Shown in pieces: positions 1 to 7,898 of a stretch of 32,000 bases of DNA. How positions within the stretch are numbered: the stretch's first letter is position 1; every line of letters starts with the position of its first letter. The translations under genes and the position numbers were made by a program. This stretch comes from Candidatus Electrothrix yaqonensis (lineage in GTDB: Bacteria > Desulfobacterota > Desulfobulbia > Desulfobulbales > Desulfobulbaceae): contig CP178758.1 in assembly GCA_047651235.1 (NCBI GenBank), forward strand, positions 3,480,001 through 3,512,000, in the 5' to 3' direction. The notes under the pieces were generated by a model. The model was not told the DNA's origin, did not search any database, and worked only from the letters and a program-made list of their open reading frames with translations.

Positions 1-2
1 AG

Positions 3-1847
3 GTGGATGATTACCATCCGGAGCAGGACGGGTCGATTCTGCTCGATATATATATTGAGCCGGAATTCAGCCACCTCATCCGTACGGAAACCAGATTCTG
101 GAACGCCAGCGGCCTTTCCGTAACCGGTGATCTGCAGAGCGGTCTGAGCATCAATGTCGAGTCCGTGGCCTCGCTCATTTACGGCGGCCTTGCCTGCGGC
201 ACCCCGGAAACGCTGCAGGATGCGCCGCCGGCCCAATCCGGTCAACAGTTCACCCTGTACAAGGATTTTTCCGCAGCTGAATACGGCATCCCCATGACGC
301 TGCAGCTTGCCAGCGGCGACGGTATTGTACCAGGAAAAACCAGGGTTATGTTCCGGGGCCTGAAGGCGGGCGTGGTCCGGTCCATCGATATCAATGATGA
401 CGCCTTTCACAGTGTCACGGCAACCATCCTGCTTGATCCGAGAGCGGAAAAGATCCTGCGGGAAAAGACCAGATTCTGGGTGGTCCGGCCGCAGTTTTCC
501 CTTGCCGGGATCAGAAATCCTGAGACCTTGATCTCAGGCCCGTATATCACCTTTCAGGTCGGCGACGGGGAGCATCAGGATCATTTTGTTGTTGATCCGG
601 CACCGCTGCCCAAGGTTTTCCTGCGTCCGGGAAAACGTTTCCATCTGGAAGCGGCCGAAGCCGGTTCTCTGGAAATCGGTTCGCCGGTACTCTGCAGGGG
701 ACAGCAGGTGGGCGAGGTGACCGACCTGCAGCTGAATGCATCCGGCAGCGGCATCAAAGCAGAAATCCTGATCTATGATCTCTACAACGGCCTGATCAGC
801 ACCGGCACCCGGTTTTACAATATCTCCGGCTTCAGGCTGGACGCCTCGCTGCAGGGGATTTCTCTGCAGACCGCTTCGTTGAATTCCCTAGTCGCGGGCG
901 GCATTTCTTTTCTGCCCTCTGAAGAGGTAAAAGGAGGAGAACCGGTGGCGGAGGGCCGGATTTTCCCTCTGTATCCGGGTAGGGAAGAAGCGCTCCGGGC
1001 AGGTGGCCTGTCTCTGACCCTGGAATTTGAACACGGCATCGATCTGACGACAAAGACAAAAATCAGATATAAAGGGATTCCTATCGGCACTCTGGTGCGC
1101 ATCTGGTATGATCCGGATAGGGACAAAGTGCTGGCCGAGGCGGCTGTGCAGAAAAAGTTCAGTCGGCTGTTCCGGAAGACAACCGATATCTGGCTTGTCC
1201 GGCCGGAGCTGACATTATCCGGTGTCAGCCATCCTGAGACCCTGCTGACCGGAGCATATCTTGCCCTGCGTCCGGGATATGGCGCTCCGCAGACCCGTTT
1301 TGCTGTCCGGGCCAGCGAACCCGGGGTGTCCGACCCGTTTCCCGGCCTGAATCTGGTGCTGGAGGCTGAACGGATCGGCTCGCTGAACAAAGGCAGCCCG
1401 CTCTATTACCGGCAGGTGGAAATAGGGCGGGTCACCGGTGTTGAACTCAGTCCCACGGCCCAGCGGGTCTGGATTCATGCGGTTGTGGAGCCGAAATACA
1501 TGCCGCTTGTCCATCGGACCTCCAGATTCTGGAATGCCGGTGGGGTGAAGGTGATTGCCGGGCTGTTTTCCGGGGTGTCTGTGGAAACGGAATCTCTGGA
1601 GTCCATTATGGCGGGCGGTATTGCCATGGCCACGCCGGACGGCCGGGATATGGGCACGCCTGCAGAGGATGGCGATCATTTCCTTCTGGCGGAACAACCG
1701 GACGAGGACTGGCTGGAATGGGCCCCGAAGATCCCTCTGTATCATCCGGATGACACGACGGAACAGCATCGTATTCAAGCAGGCAGGAAGAAAAAGAAGA
1801 TATCGGAAAGAACATATCGGGAAAAAAACAAAAACACGAACAGGTAA
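3..1847 (+). CDS. pqiB: PqiB/MlaD-family multi-MCE-domain intermembrane lipid-transport protein, C-terminal 614 aa; the 5' end lies outside the window
   Basis: The ORF is open from the window edge. An MCE-type module recurs at least 5 times (TRFWNASGLSV; TRFWVVRPQFSLAGIRNPETLISGPYITF; TRFYNISGFRLDASLQGISLQ; DIWLVRPELTLSGVSHPETLLTGAYLAL; SRFWNAGGVKV), as is typical of PqiB. The C-terminal tail is Lys-rich. Confidence 0.8.
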   Translation: MDDYHPEQDGSILLDIYIEPEFSHLIRTETRFWNASGLSVTGDLQSGLSINVESVASLIYGGLACGTPETLQDAPPAQSGQQFTLYKDFSAAEYGIPMTLQLASGDGIVPGKTRVMFRGLKAGVVRSIDINDDAFHSVTATILLDPRAEKILREKTRFWVVRPQFSLAGIRNPETLISGPYITFQVGDGEHQDHFVVDPAPLPKVFLRPGKRFHLEAAEAGSLEIGSPVLCRGQQVGEVTDLQLNASGSGIKAEILIYDLYNGLISTGTRFYNISGFRLDASLQGISLQTASLNSLVAGGISFLPSEEVKGGEPVAEGRIFPLYPGREEALRAGGLSLTLEFEHGIDLTTKTKIRYKGIPIGTLVRIWYDPDRDKVLAEAAVQKKFSRLFRKTTDIWLVRPELTLSGVSHPETLLTGAYLALRPGYGAPQTRFAVRASEPGVSDPFPGLNLVLEAERIGSLNKGSPLYYRQVEIGRVTGVELSPTAQRVWIHAVVEPKYMPLVHRTSRFWNAGGVKVIAGLFSGVSVETESLESIMAGGIAMATPDGRDMGTPAEDGDHFLLAEQPDEDWLEWAPKIPLYHPDDTTEQHRIQAGRKKKKISERTYREKNKNTNR

Positions 1848-1941
1848 GATGAGAGCGGCTGTCACCCTTTGGTTACGGGGAGCGTTGCTTTCCACTGGAA
1901 CAGAATACTTTCTATCTCCTCTATATTTTTTATTATCCCTC

Positions 1942-2634
1942 ATGGAAGCAACAGTACGTTTTATCGAACGAATTTCCCGCACACCCGCAGCCAACAGCTA
2001 CCGTTTTACCCGGCCGCCCGGTTTTTCCTTTCAGGCAGGCCAATATGCCATTGTCAGTCTCGGAGAGGAAGGAATGCTTGTCCACCCTCTGTCGTTCAGC
2101 GATGGACCGCAGAAGGATTATCTTGAATTCACCAAGAGGATGACCGGATCTGTCTACTGCCAGTATCTTGAAGGATTGTATCCTGGTGACAGGATTACGG
2201 TAAAAGGGCCGATCGGAAGTTTTTCTATGCGGGATATTGTCAATGATATCGTCTATATTGTCGGAGGGATCGGCATCACGCCTATCCGCAGTATGCTGGC
2301 CGAGGCGGTGCATCAGCGTGACCGCCGGAGAATCACGTTGCTGTACGGCAATCTGAATGACGATGATATTGCGTTTTCCAGGGAGCTTGCCGAGTTGCCT
2401 CTGCCCGGTTTCCGGCTTGTTCATGTCCTGCAGCATTCCTGGGGAAAGGTGGAGGCCCGCCAGGGGTTTATTACCTCCAGGATAATTGAGGAGGAGGTGA
2501 CTGCTGATATTCAGTCGTCAACCTTTCTTGTTTCCGGCCCTCCGGCTATGGTCAAAGCAATGGAGGAGCAGCTTTTCCTGCTCGGTGTTCTGGAGAATCA
2601 GATCCGGCTTGACCGTTTCTTGGGATATTCCTGA
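1942..2634 (+). CDS. Ferredoxin-NADP reductase-like FAD/NAD(P)-binding oxidoreductase (about 230 aa)
   Basis: This is the downstream part of the 1555..2634 ORF. MEATVRFIERI...RFTRPPGFSFQAGQYAIV matches an FAD-binding beta-barrel. GPIGSF and VYIVGGIGITPIRSM match an NAD(P)-binding motif, and LVSGPPAMV is a typical C-terminal motif. The start at 1942 was chosen by family length; no clear SD is present, and ATG 1849 is an alternative. Confidence 0.75.
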   Translation: MEATVRFIERISRTPAANSYRFTRPPGFSFQAGQYAIVSLGEEGMLVHPLSFSDGPQKDYLEFTKRMTGSVYCQYLEGLYPGDRITVKGPIGSFSMRDIVNDIVYIVGGIGITPIRSMLAEAVHQRDRRRITLLYGNLNDDDIAFSRELAELPLPGFRLVHVLQHSWGKVEARQGFITSRIIEEEVTADIQSSTFLVSGPPAMVKAMEEQLFLLGVLENQIRLDRFLGYS

Positions 2635-2746
2635 AACAGCTGCATGTCGGAAGAGGACAGGGGGTGGAAGATGACAGTAGGAAACAGGAGCGGGCAACGA
2701 CAGCATAGACCGTAGAACAGTCAGTTATAAAGGAGGAGAAAAAAAG

Positions 2747-3664
2747 ATGACCGGAATCTCGGAGCCTATGTGGCTGAAGGTTCGTCTTGACTGCCCTGAA
2801 ATCACCCTGGAGGCAGTAACAGATCTGCTCGGTGTGGTCAGCGGTTCTGCGGTGGAGCAGACACCGGTGAACAACGGGCAGAGTACAGTGACCGGATTTT
2901 TCCGTTTTGAGCAGGAAACGGAACAGGAGGAGATTCTGCAGCAGCTTGACCGGAAACTGGACGAACTGTTCAGGCTGTACGAGCTTGCACCGCCTGAACC
3001 GCACTGTTCAGTCATGAAGAATGAGGACTGGGCGACCTCCTGGCAGCAGTTTTTTACCCCCTTTGCCGTTGTCCCCGGTCTGGTGATCAAACCCGGCTGG
3101 GAAGACTATACTGCCGCTCCAGATGAGCAGGTCATTGAAATGGATCCGGGCATGGCCTTCGGCACAGGCCAGCACGCCTCCACCAGACTGGCCCTCGGAC
3201 TCATCCGGGCATGTTTTCAGGATGATGCATATGTGTTACAGGGAAAGGGCCGACCGGAAAAGATTCTCGATATCGGCACAGGAACAGGTATTCTGGCAAT
3301 GGCAGCCGCTCTGTTCGGCGATGACCGGGTTATAGCAATGGACAACGATCCGGAAGCGGTCCGGGTGGCGGCGGAAAATATTGCCCATAATAATCTTCAG
3401 GAGCAGATCACGGTGTCAGGCGTTGCACTGTCCAGGTTTACCGGCAGATTTGATCTGATCTGCGCAAATATCATTCACGACGTGCTGGTCGAGATGGCCC
3501 CGGAGATTGCCCGCCTGCTTGCGGAGCAGGGTTCCGTGGTGCTGGCCGGTATTCTGGCAGGGAAGCAGGAAGAAAATATTATCAGCGTGTATGAAGCGCT
3601 GCAGCTGACTGTACGCAGTGTGGCATATGAAGATGAATGGGCCGCCCTGCTGCTGGATGCATGA
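2747..3664 (+). CDS. prmA: Ribosomal protein L11 methyltransferase
   Basis: A strong SD (AAAGGAGGAG) precedes the ATG. The PrmA layout is present: WLKV...E..., WQQFFTPF, PGMAFGTGQHASTRL and the SAM motif LDIGTGTGILAMAAA. Confidence 0.9.
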   Translation: MTGISEPMWLKVRLDCPEITLEAVTDLLGVVSGSAVEQTPVNNGQSTVTGFFRFEQETEQEEILQQLDRKLDELFRLYELAPPEPHCSVMKNEDWATSWQQFFTPFAVVPGLVIKPGWEDYTAAPDEQVIEMDPGMAFGTGQHASTRLALGLIRACFQDDAYVLQGKGRPEKILDIGTGTGILAMAAALFGDDRVIAMDNDPEAVRVAAENIAHNNLQEQITVSGVALSRFTGRFDLICANIIHDVLVEMAPEIARLLAEQGSVVLAGILAGKQEENIISVYEALQLTVRSVAYEDEWAALLLDA

Positions 3665-3690
3665 TTTCTTGATGAATTCGAGATGTAATA

Positions 3691-4152
3691 TCAGGCGGTC
3701 GGAACCTCAAGTGAATGAGAGGTTTCACCTTGGCAGCTGTAAAACCGGATGTTTCCCTCTTCATCGACAATCCATACCTCGTGCGCACCCGTAGCCAGAT
3801 ACAGGTCGATTTTTTCTTCGATATCCCCCTTTGAGTTGGAAGGAGAGGTGATTTCGACGCAGATTTCCGGAGCAACTGAATACGGGGTGATGAAGCCGTA
3901 TTGCCTGATGAATTCATCGCTGACCCAGGCGACATCCGCCACTTTGACCCCCTGACTTGTCTGGATCGAGCATTCCATTATCACCTGACCGAGACCGTTC
4001 TTTCCGGTTTTAATCCTGTCGCCGATGTTGAATTGATGTCTCCCGTGATTGTTGCTTGCCGGGCTCATCAATATCTGACCCCATTTATTGAGTTCAATCT
4101 TGAACGGAAGGTTTTTAAGAAAGGGGTTCTCGATTACTGCGGCCCAATCCAT
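3691..4152 (-). CDS. Uma2-family (DUF820) PD-(D/E)XK-type endonuclease
   Basis: The ORF is 153 aa with an AGGAGAG SD 5 nt upstream. A Uma2-like core is present (VADVAW..., PEICVEITSPSN, EKIDLYLATGAHEVWIVD). Confidence 0.8.
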   Translation of the reverse strand: MDWAAVIENPFLKNLPFKIELNKWGQILMSPASNNHGRHQFNIGDRIKTGKNGLGQVIMECSIQTSQGVKVADVAWVSDEFIRQYGFITPYSVAPEICVEITSPSNSKGDIEEKIDLYLATGAHEVWIVDEEGNIRFYSCQGETSHSLEVPTA

Positions 4153-4284
4153 AACATCTCTCCTGTTATTCTGTTATTGATGATTGCAGGTGCTGTATGA
4201 GGTGATGATTCTTCAGGTATTATACCTGCAAACAGAAAAGAGAACAACCCAGTCACCGAACCTCCCTTCCTACCGACATTCTGC

Positions 4285-4313
4285 TTGACAAAGCCCTGCC
4301 TGCATTCTACGCT
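4285..4313 (+). promoter_or_regulatory. Candidate sigma70-type promoter TTGACA-N17-TACGCT upstream of the TPR gene
   Basis: There is a perfect -35 hexamer TTGACA (4285-4290), a 17-nt spacer, and TACGCT (4308-4313). The same architecture, ending TTCTACGCT, recurs at 8724-8752. Confidence 0.3.
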
Positions 4314-4341
4314 ACAGGCTTCATCATTTCCGTACTTACCT

Positions 4342-4400
4342 GAAGCAGTTTATCCTGAACAAATCTTAAGCGGAGGAGCACCTGAGCAGAACTATGAACA
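4342..4400 (+). repeat. Leader/start repeat, copy A (GAAGCAGTT..CCTGAACA..GGAGCaCCTGAGCAGAACtATGAAC)
   Basis: It aligns by eye with 4908-4955. Both copies end in ATGAAC, the start codons of two ORFs with similar signal peptides. Confidence 0.7.
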
Positions 4401-4867
4401 TTTGCGGAGTGAAGAAGGTTTCTACGTATCTTGCCATCCCACTGGCCTTAGTCGGCTTTAGTTTGGCAGCATGGAACAATGCTGCAGCAGGCCCCGATAA
4501 GTCGATTGATACAGACACCAGGGCAGATCTGGCAGCCTACCGGAAGGCAGTAGAGCTTGATCCGGACAATGCGGACAGCTGGAACCGGCTGGGGCATCTG
4601 CTCCGCCGCACAGGGGAACCTGAACAGGCCGAAGAGGCATACCTTAAGGCGTTTGCCCTGGGTGAAGCGCATCAGGATGAGGAGGAGCAGGCGCAGGCTT
4701 ACGCCAATCTGGGCGATGTGTATTGGGCATACAGTGATCTGGATCAGGCGGAAGCCTTCTGGCAGAGGAGCCTGGAGCTGTTTCAGGCAACGGGGCACCC
4801 TGATGCCGGGAAGGTGCAGCAGTCGCTGGATGAGCTGGACCATCTGCGCAGCAGCACCTGTGAATAA
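4394..4867 (+). CDS. Secreted TPR-repeat protein (157 aa)
   Basis: The N-terminal signal peptide is YLAIPLALVGFSLAAWNNAAA. TPR-like repeats follow (AAYRKAVELDPDNADSWNRLGHLL; AEEAYLKAFAL; AYANLGDVYWAYSDLDQAEAFWQRSLELF). Confidence 0.8.
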   Translation: MNICGVKKVSTYLAIPLALVGFSLAAWNNAAAGPDKSIDTDTRADLAAYRKAVELDPDNADSWNRLGHLLRRTGEPEQAEEAYLKAFALGEAHQDEEEQAQAYANLGDVYWAYSDLDQAEAFWQRSLELFQATGHPDAGKVQQSLDELDHLRSSTCE

Positions 4868-4907
4868 GCGCAGGCAGCACTGCCTCCTTATCCTTTCCCT
4901 GTCCCCC

Positions 4908-4955
4908 GAAGCAGTTCAACCTGAACAGAGGAGCGCCTGAGCAGAACCATGAACC
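4908..4955 (+). repeat. Leader/start repeat, copy B
   Basis: GAAGCAGTTcAaCCTGAACAgAGGAGCgCCTGAGCAGAACcATGAAC matches copy A apart from an approximately 10-nt deletion and a few substitutions. Confidence 0.7.
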
Positions 4956-5269
4956 TTGCCTGGTTTGAGAAGATAGCCCCGCATCTGAGCAGCCCGCTAG
5001 TGCTGGTGGACTTTGTATTGATGCTAATCTTTGGCATTCATAAAGAAATTGTTAAGTCTTGGGTGCTGTCCAGGGTGGATAATGGACAAGAAAAGGACAT
5101 TAAGGCGTCAAAGGAGAAGACTATGAAAAAAGGGGGCAGAGGGGAGAGCCTACCCCCTTTTTTGGCGCACTTCAATACTTCAATAACACACTATCATTCC
5201 ATTTTGAGCATGTTAGCAAATGCTTTATTCAGATCCGCAGCATGCTTCACAGCAAGTTCAAAGCCGTAG
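4949..5269 (+). pseudogene. Probable truncated paralog of the TPR-protein gene; only the signal-peptide region is retained
   Basis: The N-terminus MNLAWFEKIAPHLSSPLVLVDFVLML parallels MNICGVKKVSTYLAIPLALVGFSLAA. Similarity and GC content drop after about 5035. The ORF then reads through a bidirectional terminator and into the 3' end of the convergent gene, so the 3' part is not credible coding sequence. Confidence 0.35.
5126..5163. terminator. Bidirectional rho-independent terminator
   Basis: AAAAAAGGGGG (5126-5136) pairs with CCCCCTTTTTT (5153-5163) around a 16-nt loop. It lies 30 nt downstream of the minus-strand ORF end at 5194. Confidence 0.6.
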
Positions 5270-6233
5270 CGCAGTCCTTTCTCTATGCTTTCTAAGGCCA
5301 CAGCTTCATCTTCTTCAGAGACTTTCTCTGGCGGTACTATAAACTGCTGCCGCATCACCACCAGTGCAGCTCCAATCGCAGTGTCAATGAGAGGCATTGG
5401 ATCCACGGTAGGAAGCGGTAATTCTTCCTCCTTCTCTATGCGAATATTGCTGACAGGATCCCACGGATCGATCCACTTCATCTCAATCAACTCGAGATCT
5501 TTAAGCGAGTCGATTATCCAGCTAATTGTCTGGCATTGGTTGGCTTTTCGTCCGAAAACATCGCGGGCATGGATACCAATAAACATGAGTGTAGAGGCAG
5601 GTATGCTCTCCAGTGGCACCTCTGGGCTGACCAATGCCGCTTCCATGATTCGTTCAGCAAACACCAGCTCCCACCACACAGCACGATTGAAGCAACGATG
5701 CCGTTCTGGCGGCGATATCCATACGCCGATGTTAGTATAGTAGTTCTTGATCTTGTTCAATGCTTCCATCCCTTCGGGAGAACTAAGAAAGCCATCGCGT
5801 TTACTGGGATGTTCTACTTGTGCATCGTTGAATACACCGATTAAGTTGATGTTGACAAAGTGATGCCATGTGGCATCACACACAACTCGACCCCTTCCTT
5901 CAGCACGGTGTCCATCATAGGCACTGATAGCACCAAAAGTATGCGCAATTGTTGGTTGTTTCGAGAAGTTAGGGAGAGTTCCTGTGTTCCCGGCTGGCAC
6001 ATGGCTCCATGCGATAACCTCGGGAACAATGTTAAATGGATATTCATCTGCTCCGCCAATCTCCAATTTTAGAGTGACATCAGGCGGTACGCGGCACTCA
6101 CCTTCATGCGGATGATCTGGCAGAACGTCAATCCGGCCCATGCGTCCGCAAAGTAGCGGATGAGGATAACTGGCTTTGAATCCCCCGGCCCATGTGCTGT
6201 ACAAAACCAGATCAATCTTTTGCGGCACGTCAT
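5194..6233 (-). pseudogene. C-terminal fragment (about 346 codons) of an IS-disrupted large gene of unknown function
   Basis: The 344-aa ORF begins exactly at the IS target-site duplication. It has no SD and no ATG; the ORF track start is a GTG inside the duplication. Motifs include LPDHPHEGEC and VVCDATWHHFVNINL. It is in frame with fragment 7735..8500 once the IS is removed. Confidence 0.7.
6225..6233. repeat. Target-site duplication, left copy (GCACGTCAT)
   Basis: A perfect 9-bp direct repeat directly abuts the left inverted repeat. The identical 9-mer abuts the right inverted repeat at 7735-7743. Confidence 0.85.
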
Positions 6234-6256
6234 GGGTGCGATTAAAAGTGCGGTTT
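6234..6256. repeat. IS terminal inverted repeat (left)
   Basis: GGGTGCGATTAAAAGTGCGGTTT. The reverse complement of 7712-7734 is GGGTGCGATTACAAGTGCGGTTT. Confidence 0.85.
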
Positions 6257-6264
6257 CTGACACC

Positions 6265-7588
6265 TTACGCTGCCCAGCTTATATTCTCCCAATATTTATC
6301 CCAGTATCCGTCCGCACGGTCAACTCTCAGGGAAAGCATGATTCGGGCATTTTCCGGTGTCCACCATGCGCTGGCTATTTTCAGACGTTCCTGGATGACA
6401 TACCGGTGCGCACTTTCTATTTCTCCAGAACCGATAGGTAAACCAAGCTGTTGAGCATCGGGATAGTCGAACTGCCCCGGACGGTTGCTCAGGTAACGCA
6501 GGCAGCAGCGGACAGGTGCATTTTGATCTTTTGTCTTTTCCGGCTCAAGATGAGGCTTCAATGCTTCGATCAGTTTTTTTTCCTGTCCCTTTTTCAGGCG
6601 CTCTTTCTGCTGCTTACTCCATGATCCTTTTCCGTCTTTCCCGGAACATGCCGGTGCAGCAGCCTCCAGGTATTCACAAACATGATAAAAATCGACAAGG
6701 TAATGTCCCTGTGAACCGAACTGTTTTTTCACCTGCCCGGAAATCCACGTTGCTCCGTCACCCACTGAATGCAGAGATGTACCCCGACCGAATCCCGCAC
6801 GGCAGGCGCAATCAAAGAGAACCTTTCCCGACTCGTCAACGTTTTCCTGAAATGCAACTCCGAATTTAAGCGTCCTTTCACCGAGAACATGAGCTATACT
6901 CAGGCGTGCTTCTTTCCAGCTGTGCTTTTTACCTTTACGCCGGTCCTTGGCATCTGTATCCGTCAGGACAATCGGAACCATGCTGCCGTCCGTCTCGGCA
7001 ATAACGAAGTCCCGTCCCTTTATAGACGGATATTCTTCAATTCTCTCCTATCGACGTCTTTCATGTATGTGTCGGGCGTGAGTCTCCGTGATATTTCGGA
7101 CAGTACTTACCGGTAATGTTATCCCATAATGTTCCTTCAGTTTTTCAGGAACCCGACCAAAGGAATGGTCTGCCCCGAAATCTGTTACGGCACGCTGCAG
7201 AGGCAGCGAGCAGCATCGGCAGGTTATTCCGGCACTTCGGCTGAACGGCCGGTACCGTTTTCCCGGCTGTCTGTACTCCTGCTCAACTACGTGAATTATC
7301 CCGAACGTCGTGTGCCAATGTGTTTTTTTTACCGCTACGGGTACAATTACCGTCCGTCGGAAGAGCTGCCCCGGATTTTTCAATTCGACTCTCCGCCCAT
7401 CCGCTGAGCACCTCATTACCCATCCGGCGAACTTCCTCAATGACCCGACTTTCGGCCTCATCAGCTTTTACAATCCCGTCTCCGTCATCACCGGCTATAG
7501 AAAGAATAGCTTGAATACGCGTTTTCAGATTTGGCTGACGGTTCAATTGATTGAGCAATTCCTTATCTTCCTGTGACAGTGAGGACAT
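6265..7588 (-). pseudogene. IS transposase, disrupted by one frameshift and one in-frame TAG
   Basis: There are three minus-strand pieces. 7588-7283 reads MSSLSQEDKELLNQL...SGKK. 7461-7048 reads ...KKTHWHTTFGIIHVVEQEYR...TDFGADHSF.... 7047-6265 reads ...DGSMVPIV...YLVDFYHVCEYL...GSGEIESAHRYVIQERLK...W. Pieces 2 and 3 share one frame and are separated only by TAG at 7048-7050. Pieces 1 and 2 differ by +1, plausibly at the A8 run (T8 on the plus strand, 7323-7330). Confidence 0.75.
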
Positions 7589-7711
7589 AAATATCTTCTC
7601 CGGGATAATATTATACGAACGGACAACACAGCATCCTGATTACTTGCTGTTTCTTTCTCAAAGAAATCAAAGTAACAGAAAAATACGCTCTCATGCATCC
7701 CGTAATTGATA

Positions 7712-7734
7712 AAACCGCACTTGTAATCGCACCC
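7712..7734. repeat. IS terminal inverted repeat (right)
   Basis: AAACCGCACTTGTAATCGCACCC is the reverse complement of the left inverted repeat, with one mismatch. Confidence 0.85.
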
Positions 7735-7743
7735 GCACGTCAT
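7735..7743. repeat. Target-site duplication, right copy (GCACGTCAT)
   Basis: It is identical to 6225-6233 and directly abuts the right inverted repeat. Confidence 0.85.
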
Positions 7744-7791
7744 CGCTTTGGTCACTAAACTGACTTTTTGGATCATTCCCTATCTGGTTCG

Positions 7792-7898
7792 TATAGCTGG
7801 AGCAGTATAAACTGAATACAGGATCAGCTATCTGAAAGGCGTGAAGGCAAAACTTATGCCTCTTGTAGGCATATTCAAATTATGTTGCTCCAGCTATA
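7792..7898. repeat. Inverted repeat pair (13 bp perfect, 15/17 when extended) bracketing the premature TAA
   Basis: TATAGCTGGAGCA (7792-7804) is the reverse complement of TGCTCCAGCTATA (7886-7898). An internal hairpin is also present: on the plus strand TATGCCT (7855-7861) pairs with AGGCATA (7867-7873) around the 5-nt loop CTTGT; on the coding minus strand this reads TATGCCT-ACAAG-AGGCATA. Confidence 0.6.

Larger units (their letters stand above)
6234..7734 (-). mobile_element. Insertion sequence, 1501 bp, with a DDE transposase that looks ISKra4-like (family call from memory)
   Basis: Terminal inverted repeats GGGTGCGATTA[A/C]AAGTGCGGTTT match at 22 of 23 positions. The element has a 9-bp TSD and contains a single transposase reading unit on the minus strand. 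Confidence 0.85.

Noticed and set aside
815-1994. Long minus-strand ORFs (815..1390, 1215..1994 and others) overlapping the pqiB-like gene
   Set aside because: They are antisense shadow ORFs inside a GC-rich, clearly homologous coding region. Their products are Arg/Pro/Ser-rich low-complexity sequences with no SD.
7048-7882. The in-frame TAG (7048-7050, transposase) and TAA (7880-7882, host gene) as recoding events such as pyrrolysine, read-through or stop reassignment
   Set aside because: Normal genes in the window terminate with TAA (for example pqiB and rpsA), and no Pyl machinery or recoding signals are visible. Together with a frameshift and the IS insertion, simple pseudogenisation or sequence error is more parsimonious. 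Only read data or other copies can settle it.
7792-7898. The inverted repeat interpreted as a TA-flanked MITE inserted in the disrupted gene
   Set aside because: Removing the element with any plausible boundary (102-107 bp) shifts the frame and creates an immediate stop. By contrast, the present sequence is open in frame on both sides. No clear target duplication is present.
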